A DNA stretch of 64,000 bases, taken from Desulfatiglandales bacterium (GTDB lineage Bacteria; Desulfobacterota; DSM-4660; Desulfatiglandales; HGW-15). The position numbers and the translations under genes are program-made. Shown piece by piece: positions 38,382 to 47,418 of this stretch. The notes beneath the pieces are model-generated. The model saw only the letters and a program-made list of their open reading frames with translations. It did not search any database and had not been told where the DNA came from. The number at the start of each line of letters is the position of its first letter. Position 1 is the first letter of the stretch. Where the stretch lies: assembly GCA_963667015.2 (NCBI GenBank), contig CAXXJJ010000004.1:3104001-3168000 (forward strand), given 5' to 3'.

Positions 38382-39248
38382 ATGCAAATCCATCAAAAAA
38401 TACAGGACATGATCCGGAATAAAAACACACAGCTTCCTACACTTCCTGTAATAGTTGAAAAAATTCTGTCCATGGCACGGGAAGATAACACATCTGCAAA
38501 GGATCTTGCAGAGACAATAAGTAAGGATCAGGCAATATCTAATAAAATACTGAGGCTTTCAAACTCCGCCTACTATGGAATGATGAAGGAAATCGATTCT
38601 ATTCCAAGGGCAATAACCATTATCGGTTTTAATGAGGTTGTAAGCCTTACAATCGGAATGAGTGTAATATCTGCCTTTAGCAATGGAAATAGTTCAGCCA
38701 GGGACTTTAATATGAAAGGTATGTGGATACACTCTCTGGGATGCGCATTTGCCGCCAGGAAATCAGCCAAAAAACTTGGGATTATACAGGCTGAACAGAT
38801 TTTCATCAGCGGCCTTCTGCATGATATGGGCAAGGTTATACTTGCTCTCTATTTTCCTGATGAGTATACAGCGGTATTTGACTACGTAAAAGAAAATGAA
38901 ACAAGTCTGTACAGGGGAGAAAAAAAAATACTGGGCATTGACCATGCAGTATTGTCCGGGTTGCTCATGGAGAGGTGGAATTTTCCTGACACTATACTGA
39001 TACCGGCCCAACATCATCATTCGGTTGATGAGTGTCCACCAAAATATCATCAACTGGCCCTTGTAATAGCCTTTTCAGATTATCTGAGCCATAAGGCTGA
39101 ATTTGGTGAAAGCTGGACAGATAAGATACCAGGAGGCCTGAAGATAAGAGATCCGCTTGGTCTGGAAAAAAATGATGTTGAAGAGATGATTGAAGAATTG
39201 AAGAGCAGCAGAGAAGAAATAGAGGCTTTTTTTGAGGTTATGAAATAA
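38382..39248 (+). CDS. HDOD-domain protein
   Basis: LPTLP, DQAIS..ILRLSNSAYYG, GLLHDMGK, DHA...W.FP. Confidence 0.92.
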   Translation: MQIHQKIQDMIRNKNTQLPTLPVIVEKILSMAREDNTSAKDLAETISKDQAISNKILRLSNSAYYGMMKEIDSIPRAITIIGFNEVVSLTIGMSVISAFSNGNSSARDFNMKGMWIHSLGCAFAARKSAKKLGIIQAEQIFISGLLHDMGKVILALYFPDEYTAVFDYVKENETSLYRGEKKILGIDHAVLSGLLMERWNFPDTILIPAQHHHSVDECPPKYHQLALVIAFSDYLSHKAEFGESWTDKIPGGLKIRDPLGLEKNDVEEMIEELKSSREEIEAFFEVMK

Positions 39249-39253
39249 GAAGG

Positions 39254-41365
39254 ATGGAAGTGTCTAAATTGGATCGACTGGAAAATGAAAACCAGATATT
39301 AAGAAAGCAGATAAAGGATACACAGGAGAGATATGAGTATAAAATATCCGAGTTATCTCTGCTTCACGAGCTGGGAAGAGCAATCATTAATGTTAATGAT
39401 TTTAAAAAATTATGTGAGCATATCCTTGATATAATTATCCGGAACACAATTGCCACGAACTGCTCGATAATGTTTCTGGACAGAAAAAAAGATAGCCTGT
39501 ATCTTGTCTGTGCTACAAATTTTAATAAACAAACCTATGTTATTGATCCTAAAAATGTATTTTCAAAGGATGGGGTTATATACATCCCCGGTGCGGATAC
39601 CGGTGCTGCCGGCAGTGCCTTGAGGGACAATAAACCGGTATTGATAAAAGACACTGAAGATTCGAACCTCTTTTCGAGTGATCCCACTACAAAGGTTGAA
39701 ATAAAAAGCCTCCTTTCCATACCATTTGAAATGGAAGAGAGGGTAAAAGGGGTCATAAATCTGAGTCATTCGGAACCGGGCATCTTTAATGAAAGAGATA
39801 TAAATCTGTTCAGGATAATAGCGGATTATGCGGGCTGCGCCCTTTATTCCTCTCTGAACTATAATAAAATAATGAACAGCGAGAAGAACTATCGTGCCCT
39901 TGCAGAATACAGCACCAACGGTATTGCAATACTCCAGAATGATCTTCATATCTATGCAAATCCCAGATACCAGGAGCTGACAGGATACTCCTTTCCGGAA
40001 CTCAGGAAATTCCAGATTGAAAAACTGCTTGATTTCTCCTTTCAGCAGGCAAACCTTAAATCTATACTGGAATATCTCAAGGTTCATACATGCAACGAAA
40101 TGTTCAATGCACGAATAATAAAAAAAAATGGATCATTGTTTGATGTAGAGATAAGCGTATCCTCCATCCTGTACTACGGGAGGAGAACCCTTGTTATCTC
40201 AATGCTGGACATTTCGGACAGAAAGATACTTGAGAGGCAACTCATTCATGCCCAGAAGATGCAGTCAATGGGTACCCTTGCCGGAGGTATCGCACACAAT
40301 TTTAATAACCTTCTTATGGGCATACAGGGAAACGCTTCCCTTGCGCTCCTTGATATGGAAGAGAATCACCCGCTTTTTAAAAATCTTACCAATATAGAAA
40401 AACTGGTTAAAAATGGTTCAAATCTGACAAGTCAGCTTCTTGGTTATGCCAGAGAAGGTAAGTTTGAAATAAAGCCGATTGATATCAACCTTATAGTTAA
40501 AGAAACCTCGGAGACCTTCGGAGCAGCAAGAAAGGATATTGAAATTATACTGGATATTGCCGACGACCTGTTCAGTGTAAAGGCAGATCAGGGGCAGATA
40601 GAGCAGACTCTGCTGAATCTCTTTGTTAATGCCGCAGATGCAATGCCTGAAGGCGGAACCCTGGCAATTACTACATCAAATGTAACAGAAAAAGATATTG
40701 GTGATAAGCCCTACCGGGCAAAACCGGGCAATTATGCCCTTATTACCGTCAGGGATACGGGTCTTGGAATTGATTCCCGGATAATTGACAGGGTGTTTGA
40801 GCCTTTTTTTACAACAAAAGGGCTTGCCAGGGGAACCGGACTGGGCCTGGCCTCGGCCTACGGGATCATCAAAGGACATGGGGGGTATATTGATGTTACA
40901 TCAACTAAGGACAAGGAAACTACTTTTAGTATTTATCTGCCGTCAACACAGGAATCCATAGCAAAGGAAGAAGAAATGACTGATGAATTACAGATGGGAA
41001 CAGGAACAATTCTTCTTGTCGACGATGAGGAAATAATTATATATGCGGGAGAACAGATGCTCCGCAAACTTGGATATAATGTTATCATTGCAGAAAGCGG
41101 GAAAGAGGCCCTTGAAATATTCAGTAAAGATCATGAGAATATTGATCTTATATTATTGGATATGGTCATGCCCGGTATGGGAGGAGGAGAGGCCTATGAC
41201 AAAATTAAAGAGATAGACAAAAATGTCAGGGTACTGCTTTCAAGCGGATACAGCCTGGACGGCCAGGCCCAGGAAATTATGGATAAGGGGTGTAGCGGGT
41301 TTATACAAAAACCCTTTACCCTTAAGAACCTTTCACAAAAGGTAAAAGAGGTCCTTACTAATTAA
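39254..41365 (+). CDS. Hybrid sensor histidine kinase (GAF-PAS-HisKA-HATPase-REC)
   Basis: LAGGIAHNFNN, NAADAMPEGG, FEPFFTTK, GTGLGL, ILLVDDE, LDMVMP. Confidence 0.95.
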   Translation: MEVSKLDRLENENQILRKQIKDTQERYEYKISELSLLHELGRAIINVNDFKKLCEHILDIIIRNTIATNCSIMFLDRKKDSLYLVCATNFNKQTYVIDPKNVFSKDGVIYIPGADTGAAGSALRDNKPVLIKDTEDSNLFSSDPTTKVEIKSLLSIPFEMEERVKGVINLSHSEPGIFNERDINLFRIIADYAGCALYSSLNYNKIMNSEKNYRALAEYSTNGIAILQNDLHIYANPRYQELTGYSFPELRKFQIEKLLDFSFQQANLKSILEYLKVHTCNEMFNARIIKKNGSLFDVEISVSSILYYGRRTLVISMLDISDRKILERQLIHAQKMQSMGTLAGGIAHNFNNLLMGIQGNASLALLDMEENHPLFKNLTNIEKLVKNGSNLTSQLLGYAREGKFEIKPIDINLIVKETSETFGAARKDIEIILDIADDLFSVKADQGQIEQTLLNLFVNAADAMPEGGTLAITTSNVTEKDIGDKPYRAKPGNYALITVRDTGLGIDSRIIDRVFEPFFTTKGLARGTGLGLASAYGIIKGHGGYIDVTSTKDKETTFSIYLPSTQESIAKEEEMTDELQMGTGTILLVDDEEIIIYAGEQMLRKLGYNVIIAESGKEALEIFSKDHENIDLILLDMVMPGMGGGEAYDKIKEIDKNVRVLLSSGYSLDGQAQEIMDKGCSGFIQKPFTLKNLSQKVKEVLTN

Positions 41366-41476
41366 TCAATTTAGGCAGGCAGGGCCTTTTTTATCAGGCC
41401 TGAGGCGCCAGGAACAATGTCTTCTTCCTTCAAACAGAATCCGTTTCAGAAAACCTGATACAATAATATTTTGCTG

Positions 41477-42262
41477 TTAAAATTTATCAAAGTTTGCCCC
41501 GAGCTGCCTTGACAGATCCCTGCCGGCCTCCGCAACCAGCGGACCATATTCCAGAACATCATCAGGAGTAAAAAGCCCCAGGACCAGAAGATATCCAATA
41601 GGTTTACCGCTGATATCGATAACCGGAGCCGAAGCAACATTAAGGCCGGTTGTTACTTCACCAAAATCAGTTGCGTATCCTGTTTTCCGGCATTCCTCAA
41701 GTTCCGTCATGAGCCTGTCTCTGTCGAGTTTATCAGGCGTTCCATGGAAATATAATTTTTCCCTTTGCAGGAGGGCATCCAGATCATCCTCCGCCATAAA
41801 GGCAGCAATCGCCTTGCCATGAGCGCCATAGGACAGGTCTACTTTGCCGCCAACCCTGATAGATACACCGATATTCTTATTATATTCATAGCGTGAAACA
41901 ACTACTACATTATCTCCATCAACTATTCCCAGCGCTGCAGTCCCGTTTACCTGATCAGAGAGCTCTCTGAGTATCGGGTCTGCAAAGGCAATTACATTTA
42001 TACCATCAAGCACTTTACGTGAGAGGGCGAGGAAGCCGGTTCCAAGGGCATATCCCTTTTTGCGTCCGCGGATCTGCACCAGGTTGAACCGGTGAAGGGT
42101 ATGGAGTATCCCAAAGGCCTTGCTTTTGTGGATACCAACATCCTCACATATTTCAGTGAGGCTCATATGAGATGATTTTGAACCTGCAAGGCATAGCAGG
42201 ACCCGTATTGCCTGTTCAACTGCCGGTACAATATACTTATTTTCTGTTTCTTTTTTATCCAT
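41477..42262 (-). CDS. IclR-family regulator, divergent from the second AOR
   Basis: VPAVEQAIRVL HTH, AHGKA, GYATD.GE...G...ASAPV. Confidence 0.92.
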   Translation of the reverse strand: MDKKETENKYIVPAVEQAIRVLLCLAGSKSSHMSLTEICEDVGIHKSKAFGILHTLHRFNLVQIRGRKKGYALGTGFLALSRKVLDGINVIAFADPILRELSDQVNGTAALGIVDGDNVVVVSRYEYNKNIGVSIRVGGKVDLSYGAHGKAIAAFMAEDDLDALLQREKLYFHGTPDKLDRDRLMTELEECRKTGYATDFGEVTTGLNVASAPVIDISGKPIGYLLVLGLFTPDDVLEYGPLVAEAGRDLSRQLGANFDKF

Positions 42263-42451
42263 ATTGTTTCACATCCAGAACTTTTGTTTTGATTGCTTCA
42301 TTTATGTTAAACCATTCATTATGTCAAGGATTAAAATCCCTGATACCTGCTAGTTATGGATAATATTTTTCCGGAACGTCATTACGAATGATTCATCAGG
42401 CAACATGCGCACTCCCGGTTATATCAGCACTGCTATAACATCTTAATAAAA

Positions 42452-42480
42452 TTGACAATTCGGCTGTGTTCATTTAGGAT
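42452..42480 (+). promoter_or_regulatory. sigma70 promoter of the second AOR
   Basis: TTGACA-N17-TAGGAT. Confidence 0.6.
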
Positions 42481-42611
42481 TCCTATTATGTTATTTTTAA
42501 TAAATAGGTATAATCCTTTTCTTCAGTTTTCTAACCAAAACATAAAGGGATTTATTTTTCGTTCTAAAATAATTTAAGCTGTAACCGGATGCAGTATTAA
42601 GGAGGGTTTAA

Positions 42612-44480
42612 ATGGCGGACGTTTATACAGGCAAAATATTATTTGTAGATCTATCCTCAGGGACATACAGGGAAGAAACATTATCCGAGGATACGGTAAA
42701 AAAATATCTTGGAGGATACGGTATCGGCGCAAAAATACTCTATGACCTGATTCCTTCTGATGCTGATCCCCTTGGCCCAGACAATGCATTAGGATTCATG
42801 TCAGGTCTCCTGAACAGCACAGGTGCGTTGTTCGGCGGCCGGTATACTGTTATGTGTAAATCTCCGGTTACTCTTGGCTGGAATGATGCCAACTCGGGCG
42901 GTTTTTTTGGACCGGAACTTAAAAAAGCAGGCTTTGACGGGGTAATCGTATCAGGGGCCTCGGATAAACCGGTATATATTTATATCAATGACGGCAACGT
43001 CGAAATACGTGACGCCTCAAACCTGTGGGGGAAAGACACTGTTGAAACCCTTGAGGGCCTGGTTGAAGAAACAGGTGAAAAAAAATTAAGGGCGGCAGTC
43101 ATCGGTCCGGCCGGAGAAAAGCTTTCTCTAATGGCATGTGTAATCAATGATAAGCATCGTGCGGCAGGAAGAGGCGGCTGTGGCGCGGTAATGGGGGCAA
43201 AAAAGCTTAAAGCGGTCGCTGTGCGCGGCACAGGTAAATTTGCTGTTGCAAATCCTGATAATTTTAAAGAAATAACCAAAGAAATCCCTGGAGCTATGAA
43301 AGAAGGCCCCATGGCCGGCATGATCGAAGGTTTCAGCGCTTTTGGCACCGGTGGTGGAACAGGCGGAATGATAATGAGCGGTGACACTCCGGTTAAAAAC
43401 TGGGGAGGCGCGGGTGAAACAGATATGGGAGAGGAAGAAGCTAATAAACTCGCATCCCTTTCCTATGACGCAAAATACAACACAGGGAAATATGCATGTT
43501 CCAACTGCCCGATGGGTTGCGGAGCACATTACAGTGTGAAAGACGGAAAATGGCCGGTAGAAGACAGTGACAGACCGGAATATGAAACAATCGGGGCATT
43601 CGGAGCCATGATGCTTAACAGTGATGCTGAATCCGTAATAAAGTGCAATGATATCTGTAACAAATATGGGATAGATACTATTTCAACCGGTGCGACTATA
43701 GCCTGGGCTATGGAATGTTTTGAAAACGGCCTGATTACAAAAGAAGAGACTGGAGGTATAGAACTTACATGGGGAAATGCAGATGCCATTGTTGAAATGA
43801 CCCAGGCAATAGCCGATCAGACAGGATTCGGGAAAATCCTGGCTCTCGGGTCTGAAGCCGCTGCAAAAAAACTGGGCAGGGGAGCTGAATATCTGCAAAC
43901 GGCAAGGGGGATAGAACTTCCAATGCATGATCCGCGATTTGCACCGGGTTTTGCCAGGACATACAGATACGATCCCACTCCCGGTCGTCATGTCAAGGGA
44001 AGCACAGGCATGATGGAAATGAATGCACCGCATGAGGTTAAGTATAACAGTGAAAACAGGGGGCCAAGGGACGCCATGGCAACCTTTGAAACCGAGGTCC
44101 AGAACTGTGCCGGGTTATGTGCCTTCAGCGGTTTTGCAATGCCGCCCGGGACCATACCAAGATACATTTCTGCAGCCACGGGATGGAATTTTACTGACAA
44201 TGATGTATTTGAGACGGGAAAAAGGATCTTTAACCTGAGGCATGCCTTCAATTTAAAGGCAGGCCTGGACCCGACAGCAGATATATTGACAAAAAGGGCA
44301 ACAGGTGAGCCGCCGCTGACTGAGGGACCTCTGAAAGGCGTAACAATTGATATAAAAGATCAGATGAACCAATTCTGTGAGGCAATTGACTGGGATAAAG
44401 AGACTTTAATACCGTCCAGGGAATCCCTTGAAAAACTCGGAGGATTGGAAGAGGTTATAAAAGACCTTTACGGAGAATAA
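42612..44480 (+). CDS. aor: Aldehyde:ferredoxin oxidoreductase family, second paralogue
   Basis: KSPVT, IGPAGE, AGRGGCGAVMG, CSNCPMGC, RPEYET, ELPMHDPR. Confidence 0.92.
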   Translation: MADVYTGKILFVDLSSGTYREETLSEDTVKKYLGGYGIGAKILYDLIPSDADPLGPDNALGFMSGLLNSTGALFGGRYTVMCKSPVTLGWNDANSGGFFGPELKKAGFDGVIVSGASDKPVYIYINDGNVEIRDASNLWGKDTVETLEGLVEETGEKKLRAAVIGPAGEKLSLMACVINDKHRAAGRGGCGAVMGAKKLKAVAVRGTGKFAVANPDNFKEITKEIPGAMKEGPMAGMIEGFSAFGTGGGTGGMIMSGDTPVKNWGGAGETDMGEEEANKLASLSYDAKYNTGKYACSNCPMGCGAHYSVKDGKWPVEDSDRPEYETIGAFGAMMLNSDAESVIKCNDICNKYGIDTISTGATIAWAMECFENGLITKEETGGIELTWGNADAIVEMTQAIADQTGFGKILALGSEAAAKKLGRGAEYLQTARGIELPMHDPRFAPGFARTYRYDPTPGRHVKGSTGMMEMNAPHEVKYNSENRGPRDAMATFETEVQNCAGLCAFSGFAMPPGTIPRYISAATGWNFTDNDVFETGKRIFNLRHAFNLKAGLDPTADILTKRATGEPPLTEGPLKGVTIDIKDQMNQFCEAIDWDKETLIPSRESLEKLGGLEEVIKDLYGE

Positions 44481-44504
44481 GCTTAAGGCAGGGGCATAGA
44501 GAAT

Positions 44505-44547
44505 AAAATAAAAAGGCCGCAAAAAATCTGCGGCCTTTTATTTTTTA
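44505..44547. terminator. Bidirectional terminator
   Basis: AAAAGGCCGCA-aaaaatc-TGCGGCCTTTT with A/T tails. Confidence 0.85.
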
Positions 44548-44596
44548 TACTATGCTGCCGGTGTAAAAAAATACCTTAAAATCCTTTAACTCTATT

Positions 44597-45904
44597 TTAA
44601 TCCCACCGGTATGTGGCAGTAAAGGTGACCACCTCGGGATTTTCGTCCATAAATTTACGTTCCCCTTCTTTTTTGCCATAGTAAATATTTGCCTTTATCC
44701 CGTATGACCATCTCCAGTCAGGAGAATAAATCGCGTTAAGAACTGTCATACTCCCCCTGGTTTCCCGGTCATAGAGATACATGAACCTGGTATAGAGTTT
44801 CATATTAAACCAGTAGGTGTTTGCATTTATATTACCCGAATGAGAACCATCCCCCTGCCTCCAGTTATCCATTCTATCCTGGTCATCCAGAGTAACTGTA
44901 TAGTTGTATCCAACTCCCCAGTTGATTCCATATGTATTCAGCCAGTCGAGGCGATTATTTCCTTCATAGGACATCCCGACTTTCCACTGGTCATATCCTT
45001 TTACCAGGCTGCTGTTTTCATATTCATTTGCCCCAAACCTGTAGGCAGTTTCCAGCCTGATCGCTGGCGCCATCCCCTGGTGAAAATAGCTCATAAAGGG
45101 TAATTCATATGAAACCGATGCACCAACGTTGTTACGCCCCTGATAATAGTCGGAATTAAGCGCCCGCCATAAGTAATCCGAGGAGGTGCCCTGAGACTCT
45201 AAAAGCGAAGACGAACCAATATCATTTCCATACCATCCATACAGGCCGATTTTTGCATTTTTGACAAGCGCATTAATTCTGACACCGTATCCCATGTTTT
45301 CAGAACCGAGACCCAATGTTTTGTTAATATATTCATGGCCCGGCCTGTTTGACTCAATGGACTGCTGTTGAGAAAAGGCCGATTCAATAAAAAGTTCGGC
45401 ATTTAACTGGGATAGAGAATCCCATGGAAGAACCGTGAGGTATTCCACCTTTGTCTGCAATAGCTGGGTAGATGAGGATTCATATGCAAAAGGGGTATAT
45501 ATTTCACCTGCCCTGGAACCAACCCTTAAATACCAGTCCTCACTACCAAAATTGTAACTGGTTTCTTCGTTATAAGTCTTCCATCCGAGAGTATTTCCGG
45601 ACTCATCACTAAAAAGAGGCATGGATGCACCGAATGCATAGAACCCAGTATCAATAGATTCTCTTTTTCTTTCAGGATAATAGGAGGCATTTTCAGATTC
45701 TTTAACCGTAATTATCTCAGAGGGTTTGGCTTTCTGTTCCTCTTCTTCATCATCGCCAAAACCCAGCTTCTGGACAATATACTTATAAAGCTCTACTGGT
45801 TTTGCAGTAATTTTAGACAGGTCAAATGCATGGCTTGTACCTGAAAACCCCAGAAGGTTTACGGCAACAAGCAGTGTCATAAAAAATATCTTAGCTTTTT
45901 TCAT
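44597..45904 (-). CDS. Probable outer-membrane beta-barrel protein
   Basis: Signal peptide; Tyr/Trp-rich alternating strands; C-terminal VTFTATYRWD. Confidence 0.65.
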   Translation of the reverse strand: MKKAKIFFMTLLVAVNLLGFSGTSHAFDLSKITAKPVELYKYIVQKLGFGDDEEEEQKAKPSEIITVKESENASYYPERKRESIDTGFYAFGASMPLFSDESGNTLGWKTYNEETSYNFGSEDWYLRVGSRAGEIYTPFAYESSSTQLLQTKVEYLTVLPWDSLSQLNAELFIESAFSQQQSIESNRPGHEYINKTLGLGSENMGYGVRINALVKNAKIGLYGWYGNDIGSSSLLESQGTSSDYLWRALNSDYYQGRNNVGASVSYELPFMSYFHQGMAPAIRLETAYRFGANEYENSSLVKGYDQWKVGMSYEGNNRLDWLNTYGINWGVGYNYTVTLDDQDRMDNWRQGDGSHSGNINANTYWFNMKLYTRFMYLYDRETRGSMTVLNAIYSPDWRWSYGIKANIYYGKKEGERKFMDENPEVVTFTATYRWD

Positions 45905-46134
45905 GCCTTCCTCCCCCAGGAAATGGCACTAAAACCTTGATGTTACAGATAATAAATCGCTCCGGTCCCCTTACTGTATGAGTGATATTTCCTATTCCGC
46001 GTTCAAATGAAAAACAGACTGTAATTTTATCGACAGTAACTCAAAGAAGCGATTTCGACTAGATGTTCATGATCCCCTTTAAAGTATATAAGCATAGTCT
46101 TTTTATACTGTAAATACAAGAACTTTTGATTGTG

Positions 46135-47109
46135 TTACTCCGAAAAAATGGCCTCCACAAAATCTGAGGCATTAAAGGGTCTCAGATCATCAATCTTTTC
46201 ACCGATTCCGATATATTTTATCGGTATACCAAGCTGTCTTGATATTCCTACTACTATCCCTCCCTTGGCAGTACCATCCAGCTTTGTCAGGATAATGCCG
46301 TCAAGCCCAAGGATCTTGTGAAACATCTCTGCCTGGGAAATAGCATTCTGCCCTGTTGTAGCATCAAGAACCAGCCATACCTGATGCGGTGACCCGGGCA
46401 GCTTCTTTCCGGCTACCCTGTAGATCTTATCAAGTTCATCCATAAGATTTACCTTTGTATGGAGCCTGCCGGCAGTATCAATTAAAAGGACATCCATCTT
46501 TCTGCTGATAGCTGCACTGACAGCATCAAATACAACCGCCGAAGGATCCGCCCCCTCATTCTGCCTGATTACATCCACACCAACCCTGTCACCCCAGATG
46601 GTAAGCTGTTCTGCGGCGGCTGCCCTGAAGGTGTCCGCTGCTGCCAACATTACTTCCTTGCCCTCTTTTTTCAGGAGGCTGGCAACCTTGCCAATGGTCG
46701 TGGTCTTGCCCACACCGTTTACCCCGATCATCATTATTACCAGAGGCTCACCGGGATTGGGTGTTTTTACCTCCGGTTCCTCGATATCAAGAAACTCGAT
46801 TATTTTTTCCTGTAAAGCCGCCTTGAGCTGCTCCGCATTGCCAAGGCTCTTCCTTGCCACGCCCTCCCTTACAAGTTCTATAAGTTCCTGGGATGCGTTT
46901 ACGCCAAGATCGGACGTAAAAAGGATCTCTTCCAGCTCATCCAGCAGGTCTTCGTCTATCTCCCGCTTTCCAAGAAAAACCCTGTCAAGCCTTCCGGTCA
47001 GGCCGTTTCTTGTCTTGGACAAACCCTTTTTCAGGCGGCCAAAAAAACTGACCTTTTCTTCCCGGACCTCTTCTGTCTTCTCTTTTTTCTTTGATTTAAA
47101 TCCAAACAT
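46135..47109 (-). CDS. ftsY: Signal recognition particle receptor FtsY
   Basis: GVNGVGKTTTIGK, DTFRAAA, DTAGRLHT, TKLDGTAKGG. Confidence 0.97.
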   Translation of the reverse strand: MFGFKSKKKEKTEEVREEKVSFFGRLKKGLSKTRNGLTGRLDRVFLGKREIDEDLLDELEEILFTSDLGVNASQELIELVREGVARKSLGNAEQLKAALQEKIIEFLDIEEPEVKTPNPGEPLVIMMIGVNGVGKTTTIGKVASLLKKEGKEVMLAAADTFRAAAAEQLTIWGDRVGVDVIRQNEGADPSAVVFDAVSAAISRKMDVLLIDTAGRLHTKVNLMDELDKIYRVAGKKLPGSPHQVWLVLDATTGQNAISQAEMFHKILGLDGIILTKLDGTAKGGIVVGISRQLGIPIKYIGIGEKIDDLRPFNASDFVEAIFSE

Positions 47110-47244
47110 TACCCATTCTCTTTCTTCATTTTATTCCGATTTTTAACTCGGTGTTAAACGTTACTGGATAACATATTTTCTGGCTGGATGTATAGGCAAA
47201 TCCCCCTGGAGAGAATTATTGACCCATAAACTGCCAGGCATGTT

Positions 47245-47275
47245 TGTAGATACAGGTTTTAAACCTGTCTCTGCA
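47245..47275. repeat. GTAG-type REP-like palindrome
   Basis: TGTAGATACAGGTTTTAAACCTGTCTCTGCA. Confidence 0.55.
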
Positions 47276-47418
47276 GCTGATATTCAATGGTATAATCCCA
47301 ATTTGATTTACAGACCCGCCCTGCAATAAAAATCATTTGAATCAGGGCTACATTCTGTTATAAGCATCAATACTATTCACATTCCTATGACGATACCTAT
47401 AAAAAGGAGGTATTCAGC

